From Kineococcus radiotolerans SRS30216 = ATCC BAA-149 (GTDB lineage: Bacteria > Actinomycetota > Actinomycetes > Actinomycetales > Kineococcaceae), in the NCBI RefSeq assembly GCF_000017305.1, contig NC_009664.2, forward strand, positions 4,320,001 through 4,352,000: 32,000 nt of DNA. The letters run 5' to 3'. Of the stretch, positions 23,570 through 32,000 are shown piece by piece. How positions within the stretch are numbered: the first letter of the stretch is position 1; each line of letters starts with the position of its first letter. A program made the position numbers and the translations under genes. The notes beneath the pieces were generated by a model. That model was not told the DNA's origin. It ran no database searches and was given only the letters and a program-made list of their open reading frames with translations.

Positions 23570-24585
23570 GCCGAGGGCCGGCGCACACGCAGCGCCGCAG
23601 GGGTGGTGCACAGGCGGATGCACCGGGCACGGCCCACCAGGTCACCGTCGACCTGCACCGGCAGTGCGACGTCGCTGCGCACCTCCAGGCCCCGCGCTCC
23701 CAGCCGCGGCAGCAGGTGCGGCGCCGGAACGCCCACCGCCACCGACCACACCGCCCGTGCCCACTGCACCAGGTCACGAGGTGGCAGCACGACACCGTTG
23801 AGCACCCCGTCGCACGGGTCGGCCTCGGGCATGAGGGCCAGCCCCATCGTCAACTGCCCGCAGTTGCCGACGGTGACGCCCTGGGTGGCGCGGGTCCAGC
23901 TCTCCCCACCGTCAGCCCGGACGGTGACCCTGGCGCACGGGCCCCGGAGGGCGCGCACCCCGGAGGCCAGGTAGGCGACGTGGCCGAACCTCCGCTTCAG
24001 GTCCTCCCCGGCGCCAGCGATCAAGGCTGCATCGAACCCGATGCCGGTCATCACCAGGAACAGGTGGTGTTCGACGTTCGTGCCTTCTCCATCGCGGTCG
24101 ACCTCCAGTCGACCGGCGTCCACTGCGACGTCGGTCCCGAGGCAGGCGGTACGCACAGCCGCAGCCACGTCGTTCAGGGGGATGCCGAGGTTGCGGGCCA
24201 GGAGGTTCCCCGTGCCGCAGGGCAGCAGTCCCATCGCAACGTCGGTTCCGAGCAGCACCTCGGCCACCACGCGCACCGTGCCGTCCCCGCCGGCCACCAG
24301 CACCAGGTCGGCGCCGGCCTCGACCGCTTGGCGAGCCTCGTCCCGGCCGCGACTGGTCGCGGTCGTTGGCAACCACAACACCATCTCCCACCCGAACCGG
24401 GAGAACTCCCGCTCGACGTCCGCACGCAGCCGGGCCAAAGCCTGCTCGCCGGAGAACTTCGTCGGGTTGACCACCAGGGCGGCTCGGCCGGTGGGGGTGG
24501 GTCCCGGTGAGGCCACCGGCGGGGAGGTGGGCAGTGCGAGCAGGCGCTGGGTCGTGCCGGGGCGGGACTGCGACTGACTGGTCAT
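23500..24585 (-). CDS. Diacylglycerol kinase catalytic-domain lipid kinase (YegS/BmrU-like)
   Basis: ORF 23500..25068(-), start moved to ATG 24585 (MTSQSQSRPG...). Motifs LVLVAGGDGTV and LLPCGTGNLLARNLGIP are present. Confidence 0.85.
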   Translation of the reverse strand: MTSQSQSRPGTTQRLLALPTSPPVASPGPTPTGRAALVVNPTKFSGEQALARLRADVEREFSRFGWEMVLWLPTTATSRGRDEARQAVEAGADLVLVAGGDGTVRVVAEVLLGTDVAMGLLPCGTGNLLARNLGIPLNDVAAAVRTACLGTDVAVDAGRLEVDRDGEGTNVEHHLFLVMTGIGFDAALIAGAGEDLKRRFGHVAYLASGVRALRGPCARVTVRADGGESWTRATQGVTVGNCGQLTMGLALMPEADPCDGVLNGVVLPPRDLVQWARAVWSVAVGVPAPHLLPRLGARGLEVRSDVALPVQVDGDLVGRARCIRLCTTPAALRVRRPSAHRVEGHVEETRAPSTADLRLAS

Positions 24586-24780
24586 GTCTGCGAGGTTCGC
24601 TGAGCTGGCGGTGGAGGTCGTCGTGCAGGCGGTTGGTCCTGGCCTGCTGCTTCCGCAGTACGTGGGGGAACCGCTGGTGCGGCCAGCGCGACCGACTCTG
24701 CCGCACGACGGGTCTGCTGCGGTCGCAGCAGGCCCGGGCACTGCGAGGGGACGACGTACGCGTGGCGCCCGGCGATCAGG

Positions 24781-25074
24781 GTGAACGGCATGACCACGGA
24801 GTTGGGGACCTCGTCGAGTGATGACACGGCTTCGGCTGGTGCGGCACCGTCGGGTTCTGCTCCCACAGGCGGAGGCGGGCCCGTCACGGTGTTGACCGTC
24901 GTCGCCGTCCACCCTCACCTGCTCGTGGAGGTCTTGCGCTTTCGCGGCATGTCGGCGCACGTGCAGGACGAGGACGACGGGGTGGTTCAGGTGTTGGCCG
25001 CCTCGGTCGTGGACGTGACCACCGCCGCCGCCCGCAACTGCCTCCCCGTCACCATCGCCGCCCGGCACCCCTGA
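24781..25074 (+). CDS. Possible small hypothetical protein
   Basis: ORF 24781..25074(+). High third-position GC and G-rich first positions favour this strand over the antisense ORF. No family recognised. ATG 24790 is the alternative start. Confidence 0.35.
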   Translation: MNGMTTELGTSSSDDTASAGAAPSGSAPTGGGGPVTVLTVVAVHPHLLVEVLRFRGMSAHVQDEDDGVVQVLAASVVDVTTAAARNCLPVTIAARHP

Positions 25075-25116
25075 GCCGGCGTCAGGCCGACCCCGGCCGC
25101 CGGGGACCGGCGGTCA

Positions 25117-25142
25117 GCGACTACTGCCGACGCAGTAGTCGC
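25117..25142. promoter_or_regulatory. Perfect 11-bp-stem palindrome with core CTACTGC-cgac-GCAGTAG (operator or terminator candidate)
   Basis: GCGACTACTGC (25117-25127), loop CGAC, GCAGTAGTCGC (25132-25142). It lies 43 nt after the stop of ORF 24781..25074 and about 110 nt upstream of the MMPL start. The core is shared with 28342-28359. Confidence 0.5.
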
Positions 25143-25249
25143 GATGACCGCAGCGGGACGACGTGGGAATCACCGCCTCGGTCGATGCTCGAGGAGTCTC
25201 GCCGGCCCGTCGCTGTGCTCGGACCCACCCATCTTTCAGGAGGAACACG

Positions 25250-27499
25250 ATGTCTGCTCTCGCACGCTGGTGCGCCCGCCGGCGCTGGACCGTGGTGGCG
25301 GGGTGGTTGCTGGCCCTGGTGGCCCTGGCCACCGCCGCCCTCGGAGTGGGGACGAGCTTCTCGGACGAGACGAACGTCCCCGACAGCGACTCCGTCCGCG
25401 CTTCCGCCTTGATGGCCGAAGCCGGCCTGTACTCCGCTGGGACCGCCGGCACCATCGTCTGGCACACCGACGGGGTGGGCGTGGACGACCCGAGCGTGGT
25501 CTCCGACGTCACCGCCGCCCTCGACCAGATCGCCGCTCTGCCCGGGGTGGAGGCGGTCGTCGTCCCCTACACCGAGGCCGGCGCCGCGCAGCTGAACACC
25601 GCCGCCGACACCGCCTACGCCACGGTGACCCTCTCCTCTGAGGACAGCGTCGCGCAGATCGAGGAGATCGCCTCCGGCCTGGACTCCTCCAGCCTCGACG
25701 TCGCCGTCGGCGGCGACGCCTTCGCCGGCGAGGTCGGGGCCAGCGGCGGCACCGAGGGCGCCGGCATCTTCGCCGCCCTGATCGTCCTGCTGATCGTCTT
25801 CCGCTCCCTGTGGGGCGGGCTGCTGCCGATCATCACCGGCGTCATGGGCGTCGGCACCTCGCTGCTGTCGATCCTGCTGCTGTCCAACGTGATGACGCTG
25901 TCCGCCAACGTCATCACCATGGGCTCCCTCGTCGGCCTCGGCGTCGGCATCGACTACGCCCTGTTCATCGTCAACCGCTACCGCAACGCGCTGATGGCCG
26001 GCAAGAGCGTCCAGGACGCCATCGCCGAGGCGGTGAACACCTCCGGACGCGCCGTCGTCTTCGCCGGTGCCACCGTCGTCATCGCCCTGCTCGGCGTCTT
26101 CATCGTCCAGATCGACCTGCTCACCGCCATGGCCCGCGGTGCCGCCGTGGCCGTGGTCATGAGCGTCCTGGCCGCGATCACCTTCCTGCCCGGGATGCTC
26201 TCCCTCCTGGGCCTGCGGGTCCTGTCCAAGCGTCAGCGCCGCCAGCTGGCCACCACCGGCCCCACCACCCCCGACACCACCGAGCGCGGCGCGGCCCGGC
26301 GCTGGGCCGGCCTGGTCCAGCGCAACCCCATCCGATTGGCCGTCCTCGGCCTGCTGGTCATGGTGGCTCTGGCCGCCCCGGCGGTGAGCCTGCGCCTGGG
26401 CGCCAACGACGCCAGCAGCGACCCCACCGACTCCGCCACCTACCAGTACCACGCGATGATGTCCGAGGGCTTCGGCGACGGCTTCGACGCTTCCCTCGTC
26501 GTGGTCGGGCGGACCCCCGACGCCAGCACCCAGCAGGCCTTCGACGACCTCGTGACCCGGATCGGCACCCTGGACGGGGTGGCGAGCGTGGGCGCCGCGC
26601 CGGCTACCGGGCAGGCCATCTCGGCCGCCACCGTCTACCCGAGCACCACCGCGCAAGCCGCCGAGACCGCCGACCTGCTCGACACCCTGCGCGACGACGT
26701 CATTCCCGCCGCGGAGTCCGGCACCGGCCTGGAGGTCTACGTCGGCGGGTCCACCGCCAGCGGCCTGGACTTCGCCGAGGGCACCCTGTCCAAGATCCCG
26801 GTCTTCCTCGCCCTGATCGCCGTCCTGGGCTTCTTGCTGCTGGTCATCGCCTTCCGCAGCATCCTCATCCCCCTCATCGGCGCGCTGGGCAACCTCGTCA
26901 CCCTCGCCGTCAGCCTCGGCGTCCTCGTCCTGGGCTTCCAGCAGGGCTACATCACCGAGGTCCTGCAGCTGGGCACCGGGGCCCCCATCGAAGCTTTCGT
27001 CGCGGTCCTGGGCATCGGCATCCTCTTCGGCCTGGCCATGGACTACCAGGTCTTCCTGGTCAGCCGGATGAAGGAGGAGTGGGAACACGCCCACGACAAC
27101 GCCCGCGCCGTCCGCGTCGGGATGGCCGAGACCACCAAGGTCATCGCCACCGCCGCCGTGATCATGTTCTGCGTCTTCATCGCCTTCGGCTTCGCCGGGC
27201 AGCGCGTGGTCGCAGAGATCGGGGTCGGCCTGGCCGTCGCGGTCCTGGTGGACGCGTTCATCCTGCGCCTGACCGTCATCCCGGCTCTCATGCACCTCAT
27301 CGGGGACCGCAACTGGTCCTACCCCCGCTGGGCGGACCGCATCACCCCCCGCGTCTCCATCGAGGGAGAGACCACCCCCGCACCGGCTCCGGTCGCCGCG
27401 ACCGCTACGGCTGCTGGGCCCGCCATCCCCGCCAGCGCAGCGAGCCGCGACGGCGTGATCGAGATGGCGCCAACTACCCGTGGCCGTCAGAACGACTGA
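25250..27499 (+). CDS. MMPL family (RND-superfamily) membrane transporter
   Basis: ORF 25163..27499(+), start at ATG 25250 with AGGAGG 8 nt upstream. The duplicated transmembrane blocks carry GIDYALFIVNRYR and GLAMDYQVFLVSRMKEEW, typical of MMPL proteins. Confidence 0.92.
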   Translation: MSALARWCARRRWTVVAGWLLALVALATAALGVGTSFSDETNVPDSDSVRASALMAEAGLYSAGTAGTIVWHTDGVGVDDPSVVSDVTAALDQIAALPGVEAVVVPYTEAGAAQLNTAADTAYATVTLSSEDSVAQIEEIASGLDSSSLDVAVGGDAFAGEVGASGGTEGAGIFAALIVLLIVFRSLWGGLLPIITGVMGVGTSLLSILLLSNVMTLSANVITMGSLVGLGVGIDYALFIVNRYRNALMAGKSVQDAIAEAVNTSGRAVVFAGATVVIALLGVFIVQIDLLTAMARGAAVAVVMSVLAAITFLPGMLSLLGLRVLSKRQRRQLATTGPTTPDTTERGAARRWAGLVQRNPIRLAVLGLLVMVALAAPAVSLRLGANDASSDPTDSATYQYHAMMSEGFGDGFDASLVVVGRTPDASTQQAFDDLVTRIGTLDGVASVGAAPATGQAISAATVYPSTTAQAAETADLLDTLRDDVIPAAESGTGLEVYVGGSTASGLDFAEGTLSKIPVFLALIAVLGFLLLVIAFRSILIPLIGALGNLVTLAVSLGVLVLGFQQGYITEVLQLGTGAPIEAFVAVLGIGILFGLAMDYQVFLVSRMKEEWEHAHDNARAVRVGMAETTKVIATAAVIMFCVFIAFGFAGQRVVAEIGVGLAVAVLVDAFILRLTVIPALMHLIGDRNWSYPRWADRITPRVSIEGETTPAPAPVAATATAAGPAIPASAASRDGVIEMAPTTRGRQND

Positions 27500-27596
27500 G
27501 GAGCACGAAGGGCCAGGCAGCGAGCAGGTCATGCTCGTCCAGGATCTGCTGCTGATCGGCCCAAAGACGAACGATCCCCGAGCCGGACGAGCAGGC

Positions 27597-27630
27597 GAGC
27601 GGGCAGGTTCCCACCAGAACCTGCCCGCTC
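27597..27630 (+). terminator. Strong hairpin after the MMPL gene (candidate terminator, weak T-tract)
   Basis: Perfect 13-bp stem GAGCGGGCAGGTT (27597-27609) / AACCTGCCCGCTC (27618-27630) with an 8-nt loop, about 100 nt after the stop. The flanks GGACGA / TCGTCC extend the pairing. Confidence 0.6.
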
Positions 27631-27717
27631 GTCGTCGTTCGTCCAGAAGGGCGAGAACGGATCAGCCGGGCGAAGCCGAGGAGCGGTTGCCCGACGCGCC
27701 CGTGCCGCACTGACCTG

Positions 27718-28281
27718 ATGCCCCGGGGTGACGTCCCCCTACTGCTCGGGGACGACGACCCGCTGGCGTTCGGCGCCGATTCTTTGACCATGTCGATCGA
27801 CGCGCTACGACCCGACAACCACACGGACGACCACGTCGTCGACGCCCACCCCCGCAGCGGTGGATCCCGGGTCAGCTCTACCCGGCGAGCCGCAGCTGCG
27901 CTGCGGGCGGGCATCGCGGCCCGTCCCGTGCTGAAGCAGCTCTACCAGTTCATCCTGGCCATCCTGGGGTTCGCGACGGTCGCCGTGGGACTGATCCTGG
28001 TCCCGCTGCCCGGGCCGGGTTGGGTCGTGGTCTTCGGGGGTTTGTCCCTGCTGAGCACGAGGTTCCTCTGGGCGCGCCGCCTGCGGGAACGCCTCCTCCT
28101 GATCCTCCAGCACGTCGCGCACCGTTACACCCGCCTGTCGTGGCTCTGGCGTTCGGCGCTGAGCCTGCTGGGTGGGTTGTGCAGCCTGGCCGGGGTGTGG
28201 GCGTGCGTGGCGGTGCTGGGCATACCGGCGTGGGTGCCGCAGTCATGGTCGCCGACCCTGCACACGGTGCCGGGTTGGTGA
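27718..28281 (+). CDS. PGPGW-domain small membrane protein
   Basis: ORF 27718..28281(+). ILVPLPGPGWVVVFGGLSLLSTRFLWARRL is the PGPGW transmembrane-domain signature. The start is uncertain (27718 or ATG 27790). Confidence 0.78.
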   Translation: MPRGDVPLLLGDDDPLAFGADSLTMSIDALRPDNHTDDHVVDAHPRSGGSRVSSTRRAAAALRAGIAARPVLKQLYQFILAILGFATVAVGLILVPLPGPGWVVVFGGLSLLSTRFLWARRLRERLLLILQHVAHRYTRLSWLWRSALSLLGGLCSLAGVWACVAVLGIPAWVPQSWSPTLHTVPGW

Positions 28282-28341
28282 TCGGGGAGAACGCGACAAG
28301 GTTCGGCGTCACCGTGCAGGACGCCACCGCTCCACGCTCGC

Positions 28342-28359
28342 CTACTGCGCCCGCAGTAG
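28342..28359. promoter_or_regulatory. Palindrome CTACTGC-gccc-GCAGTAG (operator candidate)
   Basis: It has the same 7+4+7 core as 25121-25138. It lies 60 nt after the PGPGW gene stop and about 150 nt upstream of the membrane protein / kinase / regulator genes. Confidence 0.45.
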
Positions 28360-28507
28360 CCGTTCGTACTCCGCCTCGACGACGCGTCCCCGCGCCGGTT
28401 CAGCGATCGTCGACCCGTGACCGCGCACCAGTTCAACGCTCCTCCCGCCAAGGTGCGGGCAATGGTGGTCCGTCGTCAGCCCTCGACGCAGGAACGGGTG
28501 CGCTGAG

Positions 28508-29221
28508 GTGCCCGTCTTCTACGCCGAACTCGCCCACCGGCGCAACCTGCAGTTCGTCGCCGACGCGCTCCTGCTGACCTGGATCGCGGGTGCGGTCTGG
28601 CTCGGTCGCCACGTCGAGCAGGCGTTGGCCGCACCGGCGGAAACCCTGCGGGCGAACACCACGAACCTGGCGAAGATCGGTGACGACGTCGCCGACTCCG
28701 CGCAGTCCGTGGGTAACCTTCCGCTGATCGGCGATCGGCTGTCAGCACCGGTGAGCCAGGTCGCCGACAGCGCACAGCAGCTCTCCAGCACCGCGCGCTC
28801 CGTCTCCGACACCCTGCAGGACGTGGCCCGCTGGGCCGGCCTGGTCACCACCACCGTCCTGCTGGTCCTCGCCCTGCTCCTGTGGCTGCCCCCGCGCCTG
28901 CACTTCGTCCTCGGCGCCACCCGCCTGCGTCGGATCATGCGCCGGCCCGGCGCCTTGGAGCTGCTGGCGCTGCGAGCCCTCACCACTGCGCCCTTGGCGC
29001 AACTGCGCCACCTCGGCGAGGACCCGGTGGCGGCGTGGACCCGACACGATCCGCTCGTGCTGCCGTTGCTGGCCGACATGGCGGTGCGTCCCTACGGCCT
29101 CAGCTGGCACGATCCGCACTCCGCTGCCGGCGCGAACACGGAGTCCAGCCCGACAGCGGCCCTGCCCCTGACGCAGGTGGGAGACCGTGGAGGTGCCGGC
29201 CGCCGGGGTGGGCAGGGGTGA
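28508..29221 (+). CDS. Hypothetical membrane protein preceding the two-component system
   Basis: ORF 28508..29221(+), GTG start. Two predicted TM helices (FVADALLLTWIAGAVWL, LVTTTVLLVLALLLWL) flank a helical segment. No family recognised. Confidence 0.6.
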   Translation: MPVFYAELAHRRNLQFVADALLLTWIAGAVWLGRHVEQALAAPAETLRANTTNLAKIGDDVADSAQSVGNLPLIGDRLSAPVSQVADSAQQLSSTARSVSDTLQDVARWAGLVTTTVLLVLALLLWLPPRLHFVLGATRLRRIMRRPGALELLALRALTTAPLAQLRHLGEDPVAAWTRHDPLVLPLLADMAVRPYGLSWHDPHSAAGANTESSPTAALPLTQVGDRGGAGRRGGQG

Positions 29222-29271
29222 GCGTGCTCACCCGGTCTCACCGGCCCGTGCCCGGTGTGAGCGTTGCGGGG

Positions 29272-29313
29272 AGCACCAGCGCGAGCACCAGCGCGAGTAC
29301 CAGCAACAGCACC
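29272..29313 (+). repeat. 12-bp tandem repeat (3.5 copies) encoding (STSA)n
   Basis: agcaccagcgcg at 29272-29283 and 29284-29295, agtaccagcaac at 29296-29307, agcacc at 29308-29313. It lies between the two candidate starts of the kinase gene. Confidence 0.85.
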
Positions 29314-29361
29314 GGCAAGAGCGGCCGTCGTGGGCGGCGGGTGGCTGGGAGGATCGTCACC

Positions 29362-30579
29362 ATGAGCATGCGCGCCGGGGACCAGGACCGCCCCCAGCGG
29401 CCGGTGTGGCTGGTGCCCGTCCACCTGCTGGAGAAGATCACCCTCTTCGTGATCGTCGCGGCGATGATCGCAGGTCTCGTCCTGGAGGCCGACCCGTCGT
29501 GGGGGTACCTGGCCTACGCGGTGGCCGCGGTCGGCGTCGTGGTCGCACGGTCACGGTGGTTGCCGGGGCTGATGCTGGTCGCGATCGCGCCCACCGTGGC
29601 GGTGGGGCTGGGTGGTGAACCGATCACCTTGTGGACCGTCACCTCGTTCACGGCCTTCTCGGTGGCAGTCCGCGGCGCCCCTGCGGTGCTCACCGCGGCG
29701 ATCGGCGCCGTCGGCAACGCCGTCGCCCAGTGGTGGTCCATCGGGGCCTTCACCGGAGAAGCGTTCATCACCCCCGGAGTCGCGGCGCTGACAGCAGTGG
29801 CCGCCGCTGCGGTGGGCAGCGCCATCCGCGGCAACGACCGCTACTGGGAGGCGCTGGAACAGCGTGCCCGCGACGCCGTCACCGGGCGCGAACTCCTGGT
29901 CCGCCAAGGAGTCGCCGAGGAGAGGGTCCGCATCGCCCGGGACCTGCACGACAGCGTCGGGCACGCCGTGGCGGTGGTCAGCATGCGCCTGGGTTCGGCG
30001 GAGGTGCAGTTGCCTGCCGGCGCTGACGCCGCCCGGGCTGACCTGGCCGCGGCCCGGACCGGGATCCAGGAGGTGCTGCGCGAGATGCAGCAGATCCTGC
30101 AGGTGCTGCGGGTGGAGGACGGGCAGACGCTGACTCCGACTCCCGACGCCAGTGGCGTCGAGCAGCTCGTGGACGTGGCGCGCTCGGCCGGCCTCGACCT
30201 GGCCGCCGACCTCGGCGATCCCAGCGACCTGCACCGGCCTCTGCCTGCGCAGGTGGGATCGGCGACCTACCGCATCGTGCAGGAAGCCTTGACCAACGTG
30301 CAGAAGCACGGGACCGGCAGTGCGCGGCTGCGGCTGGACATCGCCGAGGACGGTGTCCGCATCGAAGTCGTCAACCCGTCGGCCCGCACCGGCCCGCCAC
30401 CGACCTGGGGGACCGGGGCCATCGGGGGGATGGGGCTGGACCGGTCCTCCGGTGGGCACGGGCTGATCGGCATGTGTGAGCGCGCCACCGCCGCCGGTGG
30501 CCGACTCGAGGTGTCGCACGATGGCGACGTGTTCCGTGTTCGGGCGCACCTGCCGGTGCGGAGAGGAGATGTGGGGTGA
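29362..30579 (+). CDS. Sensor histidine kinase, HisKA_3 (NarX/DesK-like) class
   Basis: ORF 28882..30579(+). Multi-TM N-terminus, H-box RIARDLHDSVGH, N-box QEALTNVQKHG, G-box GGHGLIGMCERA. Start placed at ATG 29362 (GGGAGGA 9-10 nt upstream). GTG 29218 overlaps the upstream stop (GTGA) and is a plausible longer alternative. Confidence 0.9.
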   Translation: MSMRAGDQDRPQRPVWLVPVHLLEKITLFVIVAAMIAGLVLEADPSWGYLAYAVAAVGVVVARSRWLPGLMLVAIAPTVAVGLGGEPITLWTVTSFTAFSVAVRGAPAVLTAAIGAVGNAVAQWWSIGAFTGEAFITPGVAALTAVAAAAVGSAIRGNDRYWEALEQRARDAVTGRELLVRQGVAEERVRIARDLHDSVGHAVAVVSMRLGSAEVQLPAGADAARADLAAARTGIQEVLREMQQILQVLRVEDGQTLTPTPDASGVEQLVDVARSAGLDLAADLGDPSDLHRPLPAQVGSATYRIVQEALTNVQKHGTGSARLRLDIAEDGVRIEVVNPSARTGPPPTWGTGAIGGMGLDRSSGGHGLIGMCERATAAGGRLEVSHDGDVFRVRAHLPVRRGDVG

Positions 30580-31235
30580 TCAGCGTCATGATCGTCGACG
30601 ATCAGGAGATGATCCGGGAGGGACTGCGCACGATCATCGGCGCCCACCCGGACCTGCAGGTGGCTGCTGTCGCCGGCGACGGGCTCGAAGCGCTGAAGCT
30701 GCTGGAGTCGACAGCGGTCGACGTGGTCCTGATGGACATCCGCATGCCCGGCATCGACGGGGTGGAGGCTACCCGCCGCATCCGCGCCACCCGCAGCAGC
30801 GCGCAAGTGCGGATCTGCGTCCTGACCACCTTCGACAACGACGAGAACGTCCTGCGTGCCCTGAAGGCCGGCGCCGACGGCTTCCTCAGCAAGGGCGCCG
30901 GGCCGACCGAACTGACCGCCGGGATCCTCGACATCGCCGGCGGGGGAAGCGCTCTGTCTCCCACCGCCCTCAGCGCCGTCGTCACCCACGTCGCTGAGGA
31001 CAACTCCGTGCCCGACGACCCCCAGGCCCTGAAGCTCTTCGCCGCCCTCACCGCCCGCGAACGGGAGGTCGTGGAGGCCATCGTGACCGGACTGGACAAC
31101 CAGCAGATCGCCGAGGCGATGTTCGTCTCCCCGTTCACGGTGAAGACCCACGCCAACCGCGCCATGAGCAAGGTCGGCGCCCGCGACCGGGCCCAGCTCG
31201 TCTCGATGGCGGTGCGGGCCGGGATGCGTCCCTGA
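30576..31235 (+). CDS. NarL/LuxR-family response regulator
   Basis: ORF 30576..31235(+). Receiver domain (MIVDDQ...VVLMDIRMPGIDG...K) and C-terminal LuxR HTH (LTAREREVVEAIVTGLDNQQIAEAMFVSPFTVKTHANRAMSKVG). The GTG start overlaps the kinase stop (GTGA). Confidence 0.92.
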   Translation: MISVMIVDDQEMIREGLRTIIGAHPDLQVAAVAGDGLEALKLLESTAVDVVLMDIRMPGIDGVEATRRIRATRSSAQVRICVLTTFDNDENVLRALKAGADGFLSKGAGPTELTAGILDIAGGGSALSPTALSAVVTHVAEDNSVPDDPQALKLFAALTAREREVVEAIVTGLDNQQIAEAMFVSPFTVKTHANRAMSKVGARDRAQLVSMAVRAGMRP

Positions 31236-31259
31236 GCCCGGACGCGATCGGCGGCTCAG
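31232..31259. terminator. Shared hairpin between convergent genes
   Basis: CTGAGCC (31232-31238) / GGCTCAG (31253-31259) with a 14-nt loop. The arms contain the stop codons of both convergent genes. Confidence 0.3.
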
Positions 31260-32000
31260 CCCAGCTGCTCGCGGAGGTAGTTCATGCCGATGCTCAGGTG
31301 CGCCTGATTACCGATGGAATCGGCGGCGATCTGGGTGTAGATGTGCCAGCTCAGCGGGATCTCCGCGACCTCGACGTCGACTCCGGCGGCGCGGGCCCGC
31401 TCGGCGAAGTCGAGCACGCTGCGGGTCGGGACGAGGGTGTCGCGGGTGGGTTCGATGATCAGCGTGGGCGGGGCCTGGGGCGAGAGGTAGGTCGCGGTGC
31501 TGACGGCGTCGTAGCGCTCGGGGAACTCCTGCGCGGTGCCCCCGATGTACTGCTGGCTCAGTCCGGCGCCGTTGAGGGGGCCGAGAGAAACGGTGGAGGC
31601 AGCGGAGGCGCGGACGTCGGCGGCGGGGTAGTCGGTGACGACCGCGGCGGGGACGGGAACCGTGCCACCGCACGAGGACAGAGCCGTTCCCTGCGCGGCG
31701 GAGTAGGCGGCGTTCAGGGCCAGGTTGCCGCCGGCGGAATCCCCCCAGTAGGCGAGGCGGTTCATGTCGACGCCGAGTTCGGTGGCGTGCTCGGACAGCC
31801 ACGCCGCTGCGCAGCTCACCTGCGCCGGGGCCTTGTCCCAGGTGGGATTGCTCTCGGTGGAGAGCTCGTAGTTGACCGAGACGACGACGTAGCCGGCGTC
31901 AGCCAGTGCGCGGTGGTCGGCGGCGGTGGTGGTGCCGCTGCCCTGGCTCCAGCCTCCGCCGTGGACGTAGAGGACCGCGGGGGCGAGGTCGGATGCAGGA
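31256..32000 (-). CDS. Alpha/beta hydrolase (esterase/lipase), 5' end outside the window
   Basis: ORF 31256..31819(-) continues in frame, with no stop, to the window edge. Upstream it reads LYVHGGGWSQGSG (oxyanion HGGGW), and GDSAGGNLA is the nucleophile elbow. Confidence 0.85.
   Translation of the reverse strand, partial: PASDLAPAVLYVHGGGWSQGSGTTTAADHRALADAGYVVVSVNYELSTESNPTWDKAPAQVSCAAAWLSEHATELGVDMNRLAYWGDSAGGNLALNAAYSAAQGTALSSCGGTVPVPAAVVTDYPAADVRASAASTVSLGPLNGAGLSQQYIGGTAQEFPERYDAVSTATYLSPQAPPTLIIEPTRDTLVPTRSVLDFAERARAAGVDVEVAEIPLSWHIYTQIAADSIGNQAHLSIGMNYLREQLG

Noticed and set aside
24584-24784. 66-aa plus-strand ORF whose ATG overlaps the lipid-kinase start codon back to back
   Set aside because: Divergent genes sharing overlapping start codons leave no promoter space, and the composition decays to Arg/Gly-rich after about 30 codons.
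25121-27532. 803-aa minus-strand ORF and 581-aa plus-strand ORF (25810..27555)
   Set aside because: Both overlap the MMPL gene, which has an excellent RBS and family motifs. Their translations are repetitive Gly/Asp/Arg/Pro strings.

Overview
High-GC, actinobacterial-type chromosomal segment (GC judged by eye, not computed), densely coding on both strands. I saw no rRNA, tRNA, CRISPR array, transposase or integrase. All product calls come from recognising motifs in the supplied translations, since no database search was possible. Most long ORFs in the track are antisense shadow ORFs typical of high-GC DNA and are rejected. Left part: a CGNR zinc-finger gene sits divergent from two tandem epoxide hydrolases. 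It is followed by a VOC/glyoxalase-like gene behind a SoxR-box-like promoter, then a TetR regulator with a RibD_C/DHFR-like gene. Middle: poorly explained hypothetical genes at 7.3-9.2 kb, then a secreted peptidase-C15-like protein divergent from a GntR regulator. Next comes a roughly 4 kb accessory-looking block (11.8-15.6 kb) of small units: a DUF5063-like gene, two unknowns, an RHH-Doc toxin-antitoxin pair, an ABM monooxygenase and a DinB/MDMPI-like gene. Right part: two membrane PH-domain paralogs, a siderophore-binding lipoprotein with an IdeR-like box, RidA, a second DHFR-like gene and an esterase. These are followed by an RsbW-like ATPase protein, a DAG-kinase-like lipid kinase, an MMPL transporter, a PGPGW protein, a membrane protein with a HisKA_3 kinase and NarL-type regulator, and a partial esterase. 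The most interesting signal is a conserved, same-orientation element, a short hairpin followed by GGGAYGACCGTG. Five clear copies lie within 12.4-14.5 kb and one at 18.9 kb. They split the accessory block into single-gene cassettes, and the block ends at a truncated LysE gene. Other second-look items are a SoxR-type operator, paired CTACTGC-N4-GCAGTAG palindromes around the MMPL and two-component loci, a triple CGACACCAG motif in a divergent promoter region, and paired GntR-type sites.
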